A DNA stretch of 64,000 nucleotides, from contig CAVSNY010000005.1 in NCBI GenBank assembly GCA_963729605.1, positions 96,001-160,000 of the forward strand, in the 5' to 3' direction. A program made the position numbers and the translations under genes. The DNA is from an uncultured Gammaproteobacteria bacterium (lineage in GTDB: Bacteria; Pseudomonadota; Gammaproteobacteria; DRLM01). This document shows positions 1 to 12,534 of the stretch, one piece after another; position 1 is the first letter of the stretch, and each line of letters starts with the position of its first letter. Below the pieces are notes generated by a model that ran no database searches, was not told the origin of the DNA, and was given only the letters and a program-made list of their open reading frames with translations.

Positions 1-16
1 ATAAAATACCCGGCAC

Positions 17-1071
17 GGTGATTTTTCCGATATGGCGAGTGTTGCATGGCTTCTTCCATCTGCGGGAGAAGGACATGAATGGCGCATCGGAAAATAATGC
101 GGGCTGAATAAACGATCAGCGGAATGGACCCCCGCCGGTTCAACAAAGAGCAAACCACCCCGGCCCTGCGGGCCACCCCTCCTTGTAACAAGGAGGGGAG
201 AACATTACAAACAACGACCACGCACGGGGTTAGTTCGCGGTGCAGATCAAACTCCGATACCCCCCTCCCCTCCGAAGAGAGAAATATTTCGACGTCCCCG
301 CGCGACGCTCGCACGATCAAGCTCGACAACTCCCCTCCTCTCCGAGGAGGGGTGGCCCGCAGGGCCGGGGTGGTGCGCATCAAAATCATCCGCCCTCGAA
401 TCACTCAATACCGCCATTGCCACTGCACATCCACGTGATTTTCCGATATGGCGGGTGAGAGAAATATTTCGACGTCCCCGCGCGACGCCTGCACGATCAA
501 ACTCCGATGACTCCCCTCCTCTCCGAGGAGGGGTGGCCCGCAGGGCCGGGGTGGTGCGCATCAAAAATCATTCGCCCTCGAATCATTCAATACCGCCATT
601 GCTACTGCACATCCAGGTGATTTTTCCGATAGGGCAGGTGTTACATGGCCTCTTCATCTGCGGGAAAAGAGCATGAATGGCGCATCGGAAAATAATGCGG
701 GCTGAATTAACGATCAGCGGAATGGACCCTCGCCGGTTCAACAAAGAGCAAACCACCCCGGCCCTGCGGGCCACCCCTCCTTGTAACAAGGAGGGGAGAA
801 CATTACAAACGGCGATCACGCACGGGAGTTAATTCGCGGCGCGGATCAACTCCGATAACTCCCTGAGAATCGAAACCGGCCGCCGCGTTGTAATAGCGTT
901 AATTCCGCGGTGCAGATCAAACTCCGACAACTCCCCTCCGAAGAGAGGAATATTTCGACGTCACCGTGCGGCACTTGCGCGATCAAACTCCGATAACTCC
1001 CCTCCTCCCCGAGGAGGGGTGGCCCGTAGGGCCGGGGTGGTGCGCATCAAAATCATTCGCCCTCGAATCAT
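17..1071. repeat. Mosaic REP-like (BIME/REPIN-like) repeat cluster downstream of the wzi-like gene
   Basis: Palindromic unit ACCACCCCGGCCCTGCGGGCCACCCCTCC-n-GGAGGGGA forward at ~154-198 and ~752-797, reverse at ~331-374, ~512-555 and ~998-1041. The block at ~17-240 is repeated at ~616-840. Confidence 0.9.
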
Positions 1072-2532
<1,461 letters not shown>

Positions 2533-2690
2533 GATGGAGAACAATCCCTGGTCCTTTTGGTGAATGAGGAAACCGCTGAATTTATGTCCCGTTCCTCGTA
2601 TTGGAAAATGGAGGAAACGGGCGAAAGGCGTCAAACACGCTCTTGCCCCCGCAACCCCGCCCGGCAAGAGGGCAAAACGAAGGGGTTGGT

Positions 2691-2797
2691 TTAATCTTAA
2701 ATTCCCCGTGACAAGCCGCGCGGACAAGGCGATAGGGGATTCTCCCCTTGAGCAGGCGCGGAGATCCGTTCCCCGTGCGCGGTCAGACCTATTTAAT
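2691..2797. repeat. Dispersed ~110-135 bp repeat element, copy 1 (degenerate)
   Basis: Shares TTAATCTTAAATTCCC...GCGCGG...CCCC..GCGCGGTCAGAC.ATTTA blocks with 33798-33927 and 38222-38356. Confidence 0.5.
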
Positions 2798-2850
2798 CCA
2801 ATCCTCCGGCATTTTTCCACGAATCCCGCTTCAAGGAAACCCGCGCGGAC

Positions 2851-2878
2851 AAAAAAACGGGCGCCTGCGGGCGCCCGT
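2851..2878 (-). terminator. Rho-independent terminator of comEA
   Basis: Minus strand reads ACGGGCGCC-CGCA-GGCGCCCGT followed by a T run. Confidence 0.8.
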
Positions 2879-2929
2879 GTAATTTCAAACTATAAACTGC
2901 TTACAACAATTTTAAATATCCATCACGGA

Positions 2930-3214
2930 TCAACGAACAGGCTTGGCCTCGCCCACGGTGATCACCTCGCGGTTCATCTCGACGAGTTTCTTGCCGATGC
3001 CGCTCACCCCCGCCAACTGATCAAGGGATTTAAACGGTCCGTGTTTCTTACGATGCTCGACGATGGCCTCCGCCTTGGCCGGCCCCACACCCTTGAGTAT
3101 CTTCGCCAAGGTTTCGGCGTCGGCGGTATTGATATTCACCGAACTGCTTGCCGCCATGGCCATGGCGGCACCGCTCAACAACAAGGCAAACAGCGTTTTT
3201 TGAATAAACTTCAT
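2930..3214 (-). CDS. comEA: ComEA-family helix-hairpin-helix DNA-binding protein
   Basis: Signal peptide, then VNINTADAETLAKILKGVGPAKAEAIVEHRKKHGPFKSLDQLAGVSGIG (HhH motifs). Confidence 0.92.
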   Translation of the reverse strand: MKFIQKTLFALLLSGAAMAMAASSSVNINTADAETLAKILKGVGPAKAEAIVEHRKKHGPFKSLDQLAGVSGIGKKLVEMNREVITVGEAKPVR

Positions 3215-3470
3215 CCTGAGTCTCCTTCCAATTATGTATTAGGTTTTGGAAGTGTCCTTGGAGACAACCGCGCAACTTTCTATCTCCTCCCTGGCGCTAA
3301 CTCGCACCGCCGTTCAGCCTAGCAGCTCGCATAAAACCCTGCAATTTATCAGTTATAAATTAGCGTGAGGAAATATTCGGATACACAAATTAATAACTCT
3401 TCTCTTTGAGGTGGACTTCGGGTGTATAGCGAATTGAGGCGACGTCCACCCAGCGCGCGCATCTCTGATG

Positions 3471-4370
3471 CACCCCTCCTTATGATAGGGGGGATAAATC
3501 CCAAATACTCCGCCGCACACCCAACTCTGATTTCCAGGACACTCGCTCTGATCCCAGCACTCTCTCTCCGCCCCAGGACACTATCTCTCCCCCGGCTCCT
3601 GAGCAGTACCGAGGCAGATTCCGACGAAATGTTCCTGATACCACGACACACATCATCTCCCCTCCTCTCCGAGGAGGGGTGCCCTCGCAGAGGGCGGGGT
3701 GGTGCGCTCAGGGACCGCTCATCCTCGTACCTTTCCTTCAGCCATTCCGCCGTTCACATGCGATGCCTCTTACAAAAACAAAACCACCCCGGCCCTGCGG
3801 GCCACCCCTCCTTATGAAAGGAGGGGATAAATCCCAAATACTCCGCCGAAAACACTATCGCGCCAAAACATACCGCGCAGTAACACACCGCGCCGAAACG
3901 CTGGGCCGCACGCCCAACTCTGATTTCCAGGACACTCTCTCTGTCACAGGACACCATTCTGATCCCAGCACTCTCTCTGTCCCGGGACACCATCTCTTCC
4001 CCGGCTCCTGAGCAGTACCGAGGCAGATTCCGACGAAATGTTCCTGATACCACGACACACATCATCTCCCCTCCTCTCCGAGGAGGGGTGCCCTCGCAGA
4101 GGGCGGGGTGGTGCGCTCAGGGACCGCTCATCCTCGTACCTTTCCTTCAGCCATTCCGCCGTTCACATGCGATGCCTCTTACAAAAACAAAACCACCCCG
4201 GCCCTGCGGGCCACCCCTCCTTATGAAAGGAGGGGATAAATCCCAAATACTCCGCCGAAAACACTACTGCGCCGGAACATACCACGCCGGAACATACCAC
4301 GCCGAAACACACTGCGCCGAAACACACTGCGCCGAACACTGGGCCGCACGCCCAACTCTGCCCAGGACAT
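3471..4370. repeat. Tandem ~409-bp repeat array carrying paired REP-like palindromes
   Basis: 3591-3857 is essentially identical to 4000-4266 (offset 409). Same REP-like family as 154-1041. Internal 15-bp microrepeats at ~4270-4340. Confidence 0.9.
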
Positions 4371-4457
4371 CCCAAGCAAGGGCCGACAGAAGCGGGGGGT
4401 TATAACCCAAAGAGATGGGACGGTCGCCTCAAGCATCCAATCACAGCCAAGCTCGAA

Positions 4458-5168
4458 TCAAAGCACCGCGATGTCGCCGACGATCGTCTGTAACGCCTGC
4501 CGGGGATCGGCGGCCTGGGTGATGGGCCGGCCGATCACCAGATAATCCGCGCCGGCACGCAAGGCTTCAACAGGCGTCATGCTGCGTTTTTGGTCATTCA
4601 AGTCCGCGCCGCCGGGGCGGATGCCCGGCGTCACCAATTGGAAGCGCGGACCGAAACGCGCCCGCAGGGAACGCGCCTCCCGCGCCGAACACACCACACC
4701 GTCCAAACCACACTGCTGCGTCAACGCGGCCAGGCGGCTGACGTTGTCTTCCACCGCGCCGGCGAGCCCCACTTCGTGCAACTCCGCTTCGTCGAGGCTG
4801 GTGAGCACCGTCACCGCGATGAGCAGCGGACGCCGCGGCATATCGTCCAACGCCGCACGCGCGGCCTGCAACATTTTACGGCCGCCCAAGGCGTGTACGT
4901 TGACCATCCACACCCCCAGCTCCGCCGCGGCCTTGACCGCCTGCGCCACGGTATTGGGGATGTCGTGAAATTTCAGATCGAGAAAGACCTCGAAACCGCC
5001 GGCCACCAATTGCCGCACCAAGGCGGGACCGCCGCGGGTAAACAATTCCTTGCCGACTTTTAAACGGCACTGCCGGGGATCCAGCCGGCCGGCCATGGCC
5101 AAGGCCTCGGCCGGGTCCGCGTAATCCAAGGCCACGACGATGCGCGGTCCCCGCGCTGCGTTCGACAT
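4458..5168 (-). CDS. pyrF: Orotidine 5'-phosphate decarboxylase
   Basis: [42 protein letters not shown] motifs; start trimmed to ATG at 5168. Confidence 0.97.
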   Translation of the reverse strand: MSNAARGPRIVVALDYADPAEALAMAGRLDPRQCRLKVGKELFTRGGPALVRQLVAGGFEVFLDLKFHDIPNTVAQAVKAAAELGVWMVNVHALGGRKMLQAARAALDDMPRRPLLIAVTVLTSLDEAELHEVGLAGAVEDNVSRLAALTQQCGLDGVVCSAREARSLRARFGPRFQLVTPGIRPGGADLNDQKRSMTPVEALRAGADYLVIGRPITQAADPRQALQTIVGDIAVL

Positions 5169-5170
5169 AA

Positions 5171-6328
5171 CTACTCTCCCTCGATACCGGTGATGGGTTT
5201 GACCGTATTCCAACATTTACAACCCGGGCAATGCCAGTGCAAGGCCTTGCCCGCGAAACCGCAGCGTACACACTGGTACACCGGTTTTTCCTCCAACAAT
5301 TGTTCCAGCGTCGTGCGGGCGATATCGAGTTTTTCAGCGGTGGCGGCCGCGTCGCCCGGCGCCATGTCCATGATCCGGGCCAACCCGCGCAACGACGGGC
5401 GGCGACCGAGTTGCGCGGAGAGAAAGGTCAAGGCCGCCGCTTCGCCTTGTTCCAGTCTCACCAAATCGGCGAGCGACAACAGCGCGGTCACGCCGCCGTG
5501 GCGGGACCACACGCCTTCCAGATAACCGAACAATTCCCGGTTGTCGCCGCGCGCGCGATAACACTTCACCAAGGGCGCGATGACCTCCGGCAAATACGCC
5601 GGGTCTTGCCGCTCCACTTGTTGATAGGCGTGGATGGCCGCCTTGGCGTCGCCGGCCGCCGCGGCCAGTTCACCGCGGATCATGCTGGCGCGCGCGCAGC
5701 GTTCGTCGCTCGCCAAGGCCTTTTTGAGCAGGCGCGAGGCCAACTCGGCATCACCCTGTTCGCGCGCATGTTCGGCCTGTTCGCAATAAAACTGAGCGAT
5801 CATGGGTTCCATCGCCTGCCCCGTCACCGCCTGCAAACGGCGGGCGGCCTCGACGGCCTGCTCCCATTCCTTCTCCTGCTGATAGACATCGCTCAATAAG
5901 GCCAGCGCGCGCGGCAGATGCATATCCATCTCGATCAACTCGCGGCACAAGCCCTCGGCGCGGTCGAGCAGACCGGCGCGCATATAATCCTGGGCCAACT
6001 CCAACAGGGCTTGCGCGCGCTGGTTGCCGTTGAGGGTGGGACGCGCGATGAGATTTTGATGGATACGAATGGCCCGATCGACTTCGCCGCGCTGGCGGAA
6101 TAGATTGCCCAGCGCGAGATGGATCTCCACCGTGTCGCTGTCCACTTCCAACATGCGGACGAAACATTCGATGGCCTTGTCGGGCTGTTCATTCAGAAGA
6201 TAGTTGAGGCCGGTGAAATAATCGCGCGACAAAAACGGCGGCGCCGAGTTGCGTTGAGCGCTGCGTTTGGCCAGTATCCAACCCGAGGCGGCCGCTACCG
6301 GCAGTAACAGCCATAGGACTTCATTCAT
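5171..6328 (-). CDS. lapB: Lipopolysaccharide assembly protein B (TPR repeats, rubredoxin-like C-terminus)
   Basis: N-terminal [33 protein letters not shown]-terminal CVRCGF...WHCPGC; lapA-lapB-pyrF synteny. Confidence 0.96.
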   Translation of the reverse strand: MNEVLWLLLPVAAASGWILAKRSAQRNSAPPFLSRDYFTGLNYLLNEQPDKAIECFVRMLEVDSDTVEIHLALGNLFRQRGEVDRAIRIHQNLIARPTLNGNQRAQALLELAQDYMRAGLLDRAEGLCRELIEMDMHLPRALALLSDVYQQEKEWEQAVEAARRLQAVTGQAMEPMIAQFYCEQAEHAREQGDAELASRLLKKALASDERCARASMIRGELAAAAGDAKAAIHAYQQVERQDPAYLPEVIAPLVKCYRARGDNRELFGYLEGVWSRHGGVTALLSLADLVRLEQGEAAALTFLSAQLGRRPSLRGLARIMDMAPGDAAATAEKLDIARTTLEQLLEEKPVYQCVRCGFAGKALHWHCPGCKCWNTVKPITGIEGE

Positions 6329-6347
6329 GTCCTAAGGCCTGCCGACA

Positions 6348-6641
6348 CTAGCGCGAGTCTTTGTAAGGAATCGCGCGCAGATTCGCCAGCTCTCTCTCCG
6401 CCACATTGACGTTCTTCCGCAAACCGGCGGCCTCGCGCTTCGCCCTCACCACCATGGTCAAGCTGGCCGCGATCCCCAATAAGGCGCCGCAGCCCACCGC
6501 CATGGCGACGATGAACGCCAGGGGTATTTCACGGCTGCCGAAGTAATAGTTGAAAGGCACGGCCTGGGCATTGAGCAAGGCGAACACCAGACCCGCCAAG
6601 CCGACGATGAAATAAACCGCAAATCGGAACAGACGCAGCAT
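6348..6641 (-). CDS. lapA: Lipopolysaccharide assembly protein A
   Basis: Two TM segments with the FALLN...FNYYFG motif; GGAGG RBS before ATG 6641; directly upstream of lapB. Confidence 0.88.
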   Translation of the reverse strand: MLRLFRFAVYFIVGLAGLVFALLNAQAVPFNYYFGSREIPLAFIVAMAVGCGALLGIAASLTMVVRAKREAAGLRKNVNVAERELANLRAIPYKDSR

Positions 6642-6893
6642 AGTGCCTCCATGTGGCCAGCATGCAAGAGGTATATCTTGCCACGGAACACCGTTCAACG
6701 CGAAAGATTAGCGACGCATGCGAAGCCGAGAGGCGACGCGGACTCGCGTCTTGGCGGCGGTATCCGCCACGCGGGTGGCGGAATCAGTAAAGTGAAGGCT
6801 TGCCGGTGGACAGCGGCATGCGTCGGTAAATCGGCGATCGCTGTTTATTTGATCGTATAGCGCCGAGCAGCAACGCGTCTATCGCCAAACCGG

Positions 6894-7178
6894 TTAATCG
6901 TTTTCGTTGACGCGTTCGCGCAGCTCTTTGCCGGGCTTGAAATGGGGAACGTATTTGCCCGCCAACGCCACCGCGTCGCCGGTCTTGGGATTGCGGCCGA
7001 TGCGCGGCGGCCGGAAATGCAGACAAAAACTGCCGAAGCCGCGGATCTCGATACGCCCACCCCCGGAAAGGGTCTGGGCCATTTGTTCAGTGAGGGTCTT
7101 GACTGCAAACTCCACATCCTTGGATGTGAGCTGACTCTGCTTTTGCGAGAGTTTTTCGATCAGTTCCGATTTCGTCAT
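6894..7178 (-). CDS. ihfB: Integration host factor subunit beta
   Basis: MTKSELIE...[10 protein letters not shown]...GRNPKTG...[17 protein letters not shown]; follows rpsA. Confidence 0.97.
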   Translation of the reverse strand: MTKSELIEKLSQKQSQLTSKDVEFAVKTLTEQMAQTLSGGGRIEIRGFGSFCLHFRPPRIGRNPKTGDAVALAGKYVPHFKPGKELRERVNEND

Positions 7179-7243
7179 GATGCCTCCCCTGGTTCGCATT
7201 CAAGATCAAACCTGTTTTTTTGCATTCCTTCGCTCGGGAAAAC

Positions 7244-7272
7244 GGTCCGGGCCTCGCAAGGAGGCCCGGACC
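7244..7272 (-). terminator. Stem-loop after rpsA (terminator or stability hairpin)
   Basis: GGTCCGGGCCTC-gcaag-GAGGCCCGGACC, a perfect 12-bp stem, followed by GTTTT on the minus strand. Confidence 0.55.
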
Positions 7273-7283
7273 CAGGCGTACCT

Positions 7284-8963
7284 CTAGCCGTTATTATTGT
7301 TTCCCATCTGTTCCTTGAGCAAGTCGCCCAAATTGGTGCCGCTGCCAATGGTGGACCGGCTGTAACCTTCCAGCACCTCGGCCTCTTCATCGCTGTCCTT
7401 GGACTTGATGGAGAGAATGATGCTGCGGTTCTTGCGATCGACGCCCATGAACTTGGCTTCCACCTTATCACCGACGTTCAATATCGAACGGGCATCCTCG
7501 ACGCGGTCGCGGGACAATTCGGAGGCGCGCAGGGTGCCTTCCACGCCGTCGGCGAGTTCAATGATCGCGCCTTTGGCGTCCACTTCCTTCACCACACCGT
7601 TGACGATGCTGCCCTTGGGATGCTCGGCCACGTAGTTGGACCAGGGATCCTGTTCCAGCTGCTTGACGCCCAGCGAGATGCGTTCGCGTTCGGAGTCGAT
7701 GGCCAACACCACGGCTTCCACTTCGTCGCCCTTCTTGTAGTTGCGCACGGCTTCTTCGCCGGGCATGTTCCAAGACAAGTCGGACAAATGCAGCAGACCG
7801 TCGATACCGCCGTCCAGGCCGACGAAGATACCGAAGTCGGTGATGGATTTGATATTGCCGACCACGCGATCACCCTTCTTGTGGGTGACGGCGAATTCAT
7901 CCCAGGGATTGGCCTTGCATTGCTTCATGCCGAGCGAGATGCGGCGGCGCTCCTCGTCGATGTCCAACACCACCACTTCCACCTCGTCGCCCAGGTGCAC
8001 GACCTTGGAGGGGTGAATATTCTTGTTGGTCCAATCCATCTCGGAGACGTGCACCAGACCTTCCACGCCGTCTTCGATCTCGACGAAGCAGCCGTAGTCG
8101 GCGATGTTGGTGACCTTACCGAACAGGCGGGTGGTGACCGGGTAACGGCGGGCGATATCGACCCAGGGATCTTCGCCCAACTGTTTCAGGCCCAGCGAGA
8201 CGCGTTGACGCTCGCGGTCGAACTTCAATACCTTCACGTCGATCTCGTCGCCGACGTTCACCACCTCGGAAGGCTGTTTGACGCGTTTCCACGCCATGTC
8301 GGTGATGTGCAGCAGGCCGTCGACGCCGCCCAGATCCACGAAGGCGCCGTAATCGGTGAGGTTCTTGACGATACCCTTGATGACTTGGCCTTCCTGGAGG
8401 TTTTCCAGCAGATTTTCGCGCTCGGCGCCGCTCTCCTGCTCGACCACCGCGCGGCGGGACACCACCACGTTGTTGCGGCGGCGATCCAGTTTGACGACCT
8501 TGAATTCCAGTTCCTTGTTCTCGAGGTAGCTGGGGTCGCGCACCGGACGCACGTCCACCAAGGAGCCGGGCAAGAAGGCGCGGACATCGTCGATCTCGAC
8601 GGTGAAACCACCTTTGACTTTGCCGGTGAGGATACCCTTGACGGTCTCGCCCGCTTCCAATGCCTTCTCGAGATAAATCCAGGTGCGGGCGCGACGCGCC
8701 TTTTCGCGTGACAGACGGGTTTCGCCAAAACCGTCTTCCATCATTTCCAACGCGACTTCGATCTGATCGCCGACCGCCACTTTTTCCATTCCGTTGTCAT
8801 CGCGGAACTGCTCGATGGGAATGGCGCTCTCGGATTTCAAACCGGAGCTGACGATGATTACATCGGGGCGGATTTCCACGATAGTGGCGGTAACGATAGC
8901 GCCCGGCCGCATTCTCTGTGCCGCCAGACTCTGTTCAAATAGTTGTGCAAAGCTTTCGCTCAT
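7284..8963 (-). CDS. rpsA: 30S ribosomal protein S1
   Basis: [10 protein letters not shown] start, repeated S1 domains ([24 protein letters not shown]); cmk-rpsA-ihfB synteny. Confidence 0.98.
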   Translation of the reverse strand: MSESFAQLFEQSLAAQRMRPGAIVTATIVEIRPDVIIVSSGLKSESAIPIEQFRDDNGMEKVAVGDQIEVALEMMEDGFGETRLSREKARRARTWIYLEKALEAGETVKGILTGKVKGGFTVEIDDVRAFLPGSLVDVRPVRDPSYLENKELEFKVVKLDRRRNNVVVSRRAVVEQESGAERENLLENLQEGQVIKGIVKNLTDYGAFVDLGGVDGLLHITDMAWKRVKQPSEVVNVGDEIDVKVLKFDRERQRVSLGLKQLGEDPWVDIARRYPVTTRLFGKVTNIADYGCFVEIEDGVEGLVHVSEMDWTNKNIHPSKVVHLGDEVEVVVLDIDEERRRISLGMKQCKANPWDEFAVTHKKGDRVVGNIKSITDFGIFVGLDGGIDGLLHLSDLSWNMPGEEAVRNYKKGDEVEAVVLAIDSERERISLGVKQLEQDPWSNYVAEHPKGSIVNGVVKEVDAKGAIIELADGVEGTLRASELSRDRVEDARSILNVGDKVEAKFMGVDRKNRSIILSIKSKDSDEEAEVLEGYSRSTIGSGTNLGDLLKEQMGNNNNG

Positions 8964-9102
8964 TGATGAATGACCCTTCGGTCCGGCGAACGCCGAAACC
9001 GGTTATGCCGCATCATGCGGCTATGTTAAAACCCGCCTGCCCGGAGACAAAACGGAACCAGAAAAAATCAGCACGGGTGAAACCCATGCCATGCCCTTGA
9101 GT

Positions 9103-9813
9103 TTAGCTTGTTTTGCGCGCCGCTTCCCGCCACAGAGCCAACACCTGCTTCACAACCTCATCGATGGGAATGCCGGTCGTATCGACCACTATCGCATCGT
9201 CGGCGGGCCGCAATGGAGATACGCTCCGTTCGCTGTCGCGCGCATCGCGTATTTCCAGATCGTTCAAAATGCGCTGTAGGTTAGCATCTATCCCTTTTTC
9301 GTTCAACTGGTTATAACGGCGCCGGGCGCGTTCCTCGCGGCTCGCGGTGAGAAACAGCTTGAGATCGGCCTCCGGAAACACCACCGTGCCCATATCCCGC
9401 CCGTCCGCCACCAGCCCCGGCGCCACCCGAAAGGCCCGCTGGCGTTCCAATAACGCCTGGCGCAGCGTCGGCAAAGCCGCCACCACCGAGGCATCCCGCC
9501 CGCATTGTTCGGTACGGATGGCGTTACCCACGTCTTCGCCCTCCAAGACGATGCGGCTCTCGACGCCGCCGTCCACCGCCTCGAACTCCACGTCCAAATG
9601 AGCGGCCAAGGTCGCCAGTGACACCTCGTCTTCCAGGGGCACGGCATGATGCCGCGCCGCCAGCGCCACCAGACGGTAAAGCGCCCCGCTGTCGAGGAAA
9701 TGCCAACCCAATCTGCCCGCCACCAACCGGCTCAACGTCCCCTTGCCGGAACCGCTGGGCCCGTCGATGGTGATCACCGGGATGGCCTGCTGTTCACGTC
9801 CTTGCTCCGTCAC
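9103..9813 (-). CDS. cmk: Cytidylate kinase
   Basis: [14 protein letters not shown]-loop, [19 protein letters not shown]. Confidence 0.97.
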   Translation of the reverse strand: MTEQGREQQAIPVITIDGPSGSGKGTLSRLVAGRLGWHFLDSGALYRLVALAARHHAVPLEDEVSLATLAAHLDVEFEAVDGGVESRIVLEGEDVGNAIRTEQCGRDASVVAALPTLRQALLERQRAFRVAPGLVADGRDMGTVVFPEADLKLFLTASREERARRRYNQLNEKGIDANLQRILNDLEIRDARDSERSVSPLRPADDAIVVDTTGIPIDEVVKQVLALWREAARKTS

Positions 9814-9888
9814 GTTCGTTAATCCACCCTGTTATAAATGATCTACATCCATTTGAAATATATAGCTCGATCCGTCGGAGATATTACT

Positions 9889-11208
9889 TCAACTTATCTG
9901 TGCAACCTGCAAACCGGCCGCACCCGCCAAGCCCAGAAAATTGGGGAAGGAGGTGCGTACATTGGCGCAATCATCGATCACCACCGGCCCGCCGGCGCGC
10001 AAGGCCGCCATGGCGAAGGCCATGGCGATACGGTGATCGCCGTGGCTGTTAATACGCCCGCCTTTCAGGACGCCGCCCTGTATCACCATGCCGTCGGGGG
10101 TGGGTTTGGCCTCGACGCCTAAGGCCAGCAATCCATCGGCCATCACTTGAATACGGTCGCTCTCCTTGACGCGCAACTCCTCGGCGCCGGTCAGCACGGT
10201 CTCGCCCTCGGCGCAAGCGGCGGCGATGAACAGGGCCGGGAATTCGTCGATGGCCAAGGGCACCTGGTCCTCGGGGATGCGGATACCCCGCAGCCGGGAC
10301 GCCCGCACCCGAATGTCGGCCACCGGCTCGCCGCCCACCAGCCGTTCATTGCTCAGCGTGATATCCGCACCCATGGCCTTGAGGATATTCACCACCCCGA
10401 TGCGGGTGGGATTCACGCCCACGTGCTCGAGGGTCAAATCGGAACCCGCCGCGATGGCCGCGCCCACCATGAAAAACGCCGCCGAGGAAATATCGGCCGG
10501 CACGTCGATGCTCGCCGCTCGCAAGTGTCCGCCGCCCTCCACGCCTACGGTATGTCCCTCCCGTTCCACTTCATAACCGAAGCCCGTCAGCATGCGTTCG
10601 GTGTGATCGCGGGTCGGCGCCGGCTCGGTGACCCAGGTCTGCCCCTCGGCATACAAGCCCGCCAACAACAACGAAGACTTCACCTGGGCACTGGCCACCG
10701 GCATGGAATAGACTATGCCTTGCAAATTCTGTTTGCCAGTGATCCGCAAGGGCGGCGTGCCGCTGGGACTGGTCTCGATCAGCGCCCCCATTTTGCGCAG
10801 AGGCTCCGCCACCCGCTTCATGGGCCGGCGGGTCAGCGAGGCATCGCCGGTCATCACCACATCGAAGGCCTGTCCCGCCAGCAAGCCCGCCAGCAAGCGC
10901 ATCGAGGTGCCCGAATTGCCCATGTACAGCGGTCCGTTCGGTGCGCGCAATCCGTGCAGGCCCACGCCATGCACCGTCACCCGGCCGTGGTCGGGACCGT
11001 CGATACGCACACCCATGGCGCGAAAGGCGCCGATGGTGGCGAGGCAATCCTCGCCTTCGAGAAAACCGCTGACCTCGGTCACGCCGTCGGCCAAGGCACC
11101 GAGCATGATGGAACGGTGGGAGATGGATTTATCACCGGGCACCCGCACCCGGCCGCGCAAGGCGCCGCCGGCTTCGGCGCGAAACACGATGTTGTCGTTA
11201 CTGCTCAT
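9889..11208 (-). CDS. aroA: EPSP synthase (class II)
   Basis: VPGDKSISHR, GNSGTSMRL, ASAQVKS, EELRVKESDRI, DHRIAM. Confidence 0.97.
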   Translation of the reverse strand: MSSNDNIVFRAEAGGALRGRVRVPGDKSISHRSIMLGALADGVTEVSGFLEGEDCLATIGAFRAMGVRIDGPDHGRVTVHGVGLHGLRAPNGPLYMGNSGTSMRLLAGLLAGQAFDVVMTGDASLTRRPMKRVAEPLRKMGALIETSPSGTPPLRITGKQNLQGIVYSMPVASAQVKSSLLLAGLYAEGQTWVTEPAPTRDHTERMLTGFGYEVEREGHTVGVEGGGHLRAASIDVPADISSAAFFMVGAAIAAGSDLTLEHVGVNPTRIGVVNILKAMGADITLSNERLVGGEPVADIRVRASRLRGIRIPEDQVPLAIDEFPALFIAAACAEGETVLTGAEELRVKESDRIQVMADGLLALGVEAKPTPDGMVIQGGVLKGGRINSHGDHRIAMAFAMAALRAGGPVVIDDCANVRTSFPNFLGLAGAAGLQVAQIS

Positions 11209-11246
11209 AGCACTCGCTCATTCCTCAATAAACTATTCGTCATCGA

Positions 11247-11388
11247 CTGATTTAATCAAAGGTTCCCGCGGCACATGGATGTGCCGTCATTGCAATGGTG
11301 TGAGCCATTGAAAATGAAGGGCGGCGAAAATCACATGTCGCTGCCGTGCCCTAAAAATTCCGGGATGGAACATTCAGAGCTTCCTTAA
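11247..11388. mobile_element. MITE-like element, left-truncated copy
   Basis: Colinear with 26775-26931 (CCCGCGGCACATGGATGTGCCG...CCATTGAAAATGAAGGG...TTCAGAGCTTCCTTAA). Confidence 0.75.
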
Positions 11389-11479
11389 CTCGTCTCATGC
11401 CCTGCCCTCTACCTCCGACCGATTTCAGCCGGAATCGGAGGTCACACACCTTGTTATTCACTGGCCGGATTATGAATGG

Positions 11480-12352
11480 TCACTCGACCCGTTCCTGCCG
11501 ACAAAAACGGTCGCGCGCGGTTTTGGCGCGGGTAAATACCTCGGCGATGGCCTCGCCGTCTTCGGCGTCGATGGCGTCGCGCAAGCCGGCGAGGTCGTCG
11601 CTGAAACGATCGAGCATCGCCACCACCGCCTCGCGATTGGCGAGACAGATGTCGCGCCACATTTTGGGATCACTCGATGCGATACGGGTGAAGTCGCGAA
11701 AACCGCCGGCGGCATAGCGGAAAATTTCGGCCTTTTCGTGCATACGCGCCAAGGTATCGACCAGCGCGAAGGCCAGCAGATGGGGCAGATGGCTGGTGGC
11801 GGCCAACACCTCGTCGTGATGTTCGACCATCATGTCCACCACCTCGGCGCCCGCTTGCTCCCACATCCGCCGCACGATTCGATGCGCCTCGGCATCGGTG
11901 TCGGACAAGGGCGTCAAGATCACCCGGCGGCCTTGAAACAGCTCGGCGAAAGACGCTTCCACCCCGCTCTTTTCCGTGCCGGCGATGGGATGACCGGGCA
12001 CGAAGCGCGCCGGCACTTTGCCGAACACCGCTTGCGCCGCCGCCACCACGCTGCCTTTGGCGCTGCCGACATCGGTGATCACCGCGCCCGCGCTCAAGGC
12101 CGGCGCGATGCGGCGCAACACCGGCTCCATCATGCCCAGCGGGACCGCGAGCACCACCACATCGGCGCCGCTCACCGCCAAGGTGGGATCGCTCTGATAA
12201 CGATCGATCACGCCCAATTCCACCGCCCGCCGCAACGCGCCTTCATCGCGGCCGCAGCCCACCACCTCGGCGCAGGCGCCGGCGCGTTTCAAGGCCCGCG
12301 CCAAGGAGCCGCCGATCAAGCCCACGCCGATGATGCAGAGACGGTTGATCAC
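11480..12352 (-). CDS. tyrA: Prephenate/arogenate dehydrogenase
   Basis: IIGVGLIGGS Rossmann motif, TDVGSAK, GHPIAGTEKSG, SHLPH, GGFRDFTRIA. Confidence 0.95.
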   Translation of the reverse strand: MINRLCIIGVGLIGGSLARALKRAGACAEVVGCGRDEGALRRAVELGVIDRYQSDPTLAVSGADVVVLAVPLGMMEPVLRRIAPALSAGAVITDVGSAKGSVVAAAQAVFGKVPARFVPGHPIAGTEKSGVEASFAELFQGRRVILTPLSDTDAEAHRIVRRMWEQAGAEVVDMMVEHHDEVLAATSHLPHLLAFALVDTLARMHEKAEIFRYAAGGFRDFTRIASSDPKMWRDICLANREAVVAMLDRFSDDLAGLRDAIDAEDGEAIAEVFTRAKTARDRFCRQERVE

Positions 12353-12534
12353 GATAACTCCACCGAAAAATCGGCTTTGCTCGCGACATGCCGAATAAAT
12401 TCGCCGCGCCCCCGTTCACCCTTCACACTCACCCGCCGCGCGCGCCGGGTCGGGCCGCTTGGGGCGGGAATGAAGGCGCGCGGTACGCGGCGGCGGGTCA
12501 TGGCGTGGGACTTGAGTGAATGAGGTCCGGCTGA

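Noticed and set aside
6942-8711. Long antisense ORFs (also 15144-17312, 17362-18711, 45224-46693 and others)
   Set aside because: Shadow frames opposite well-conserved genes, expected from high-GC codon bias.
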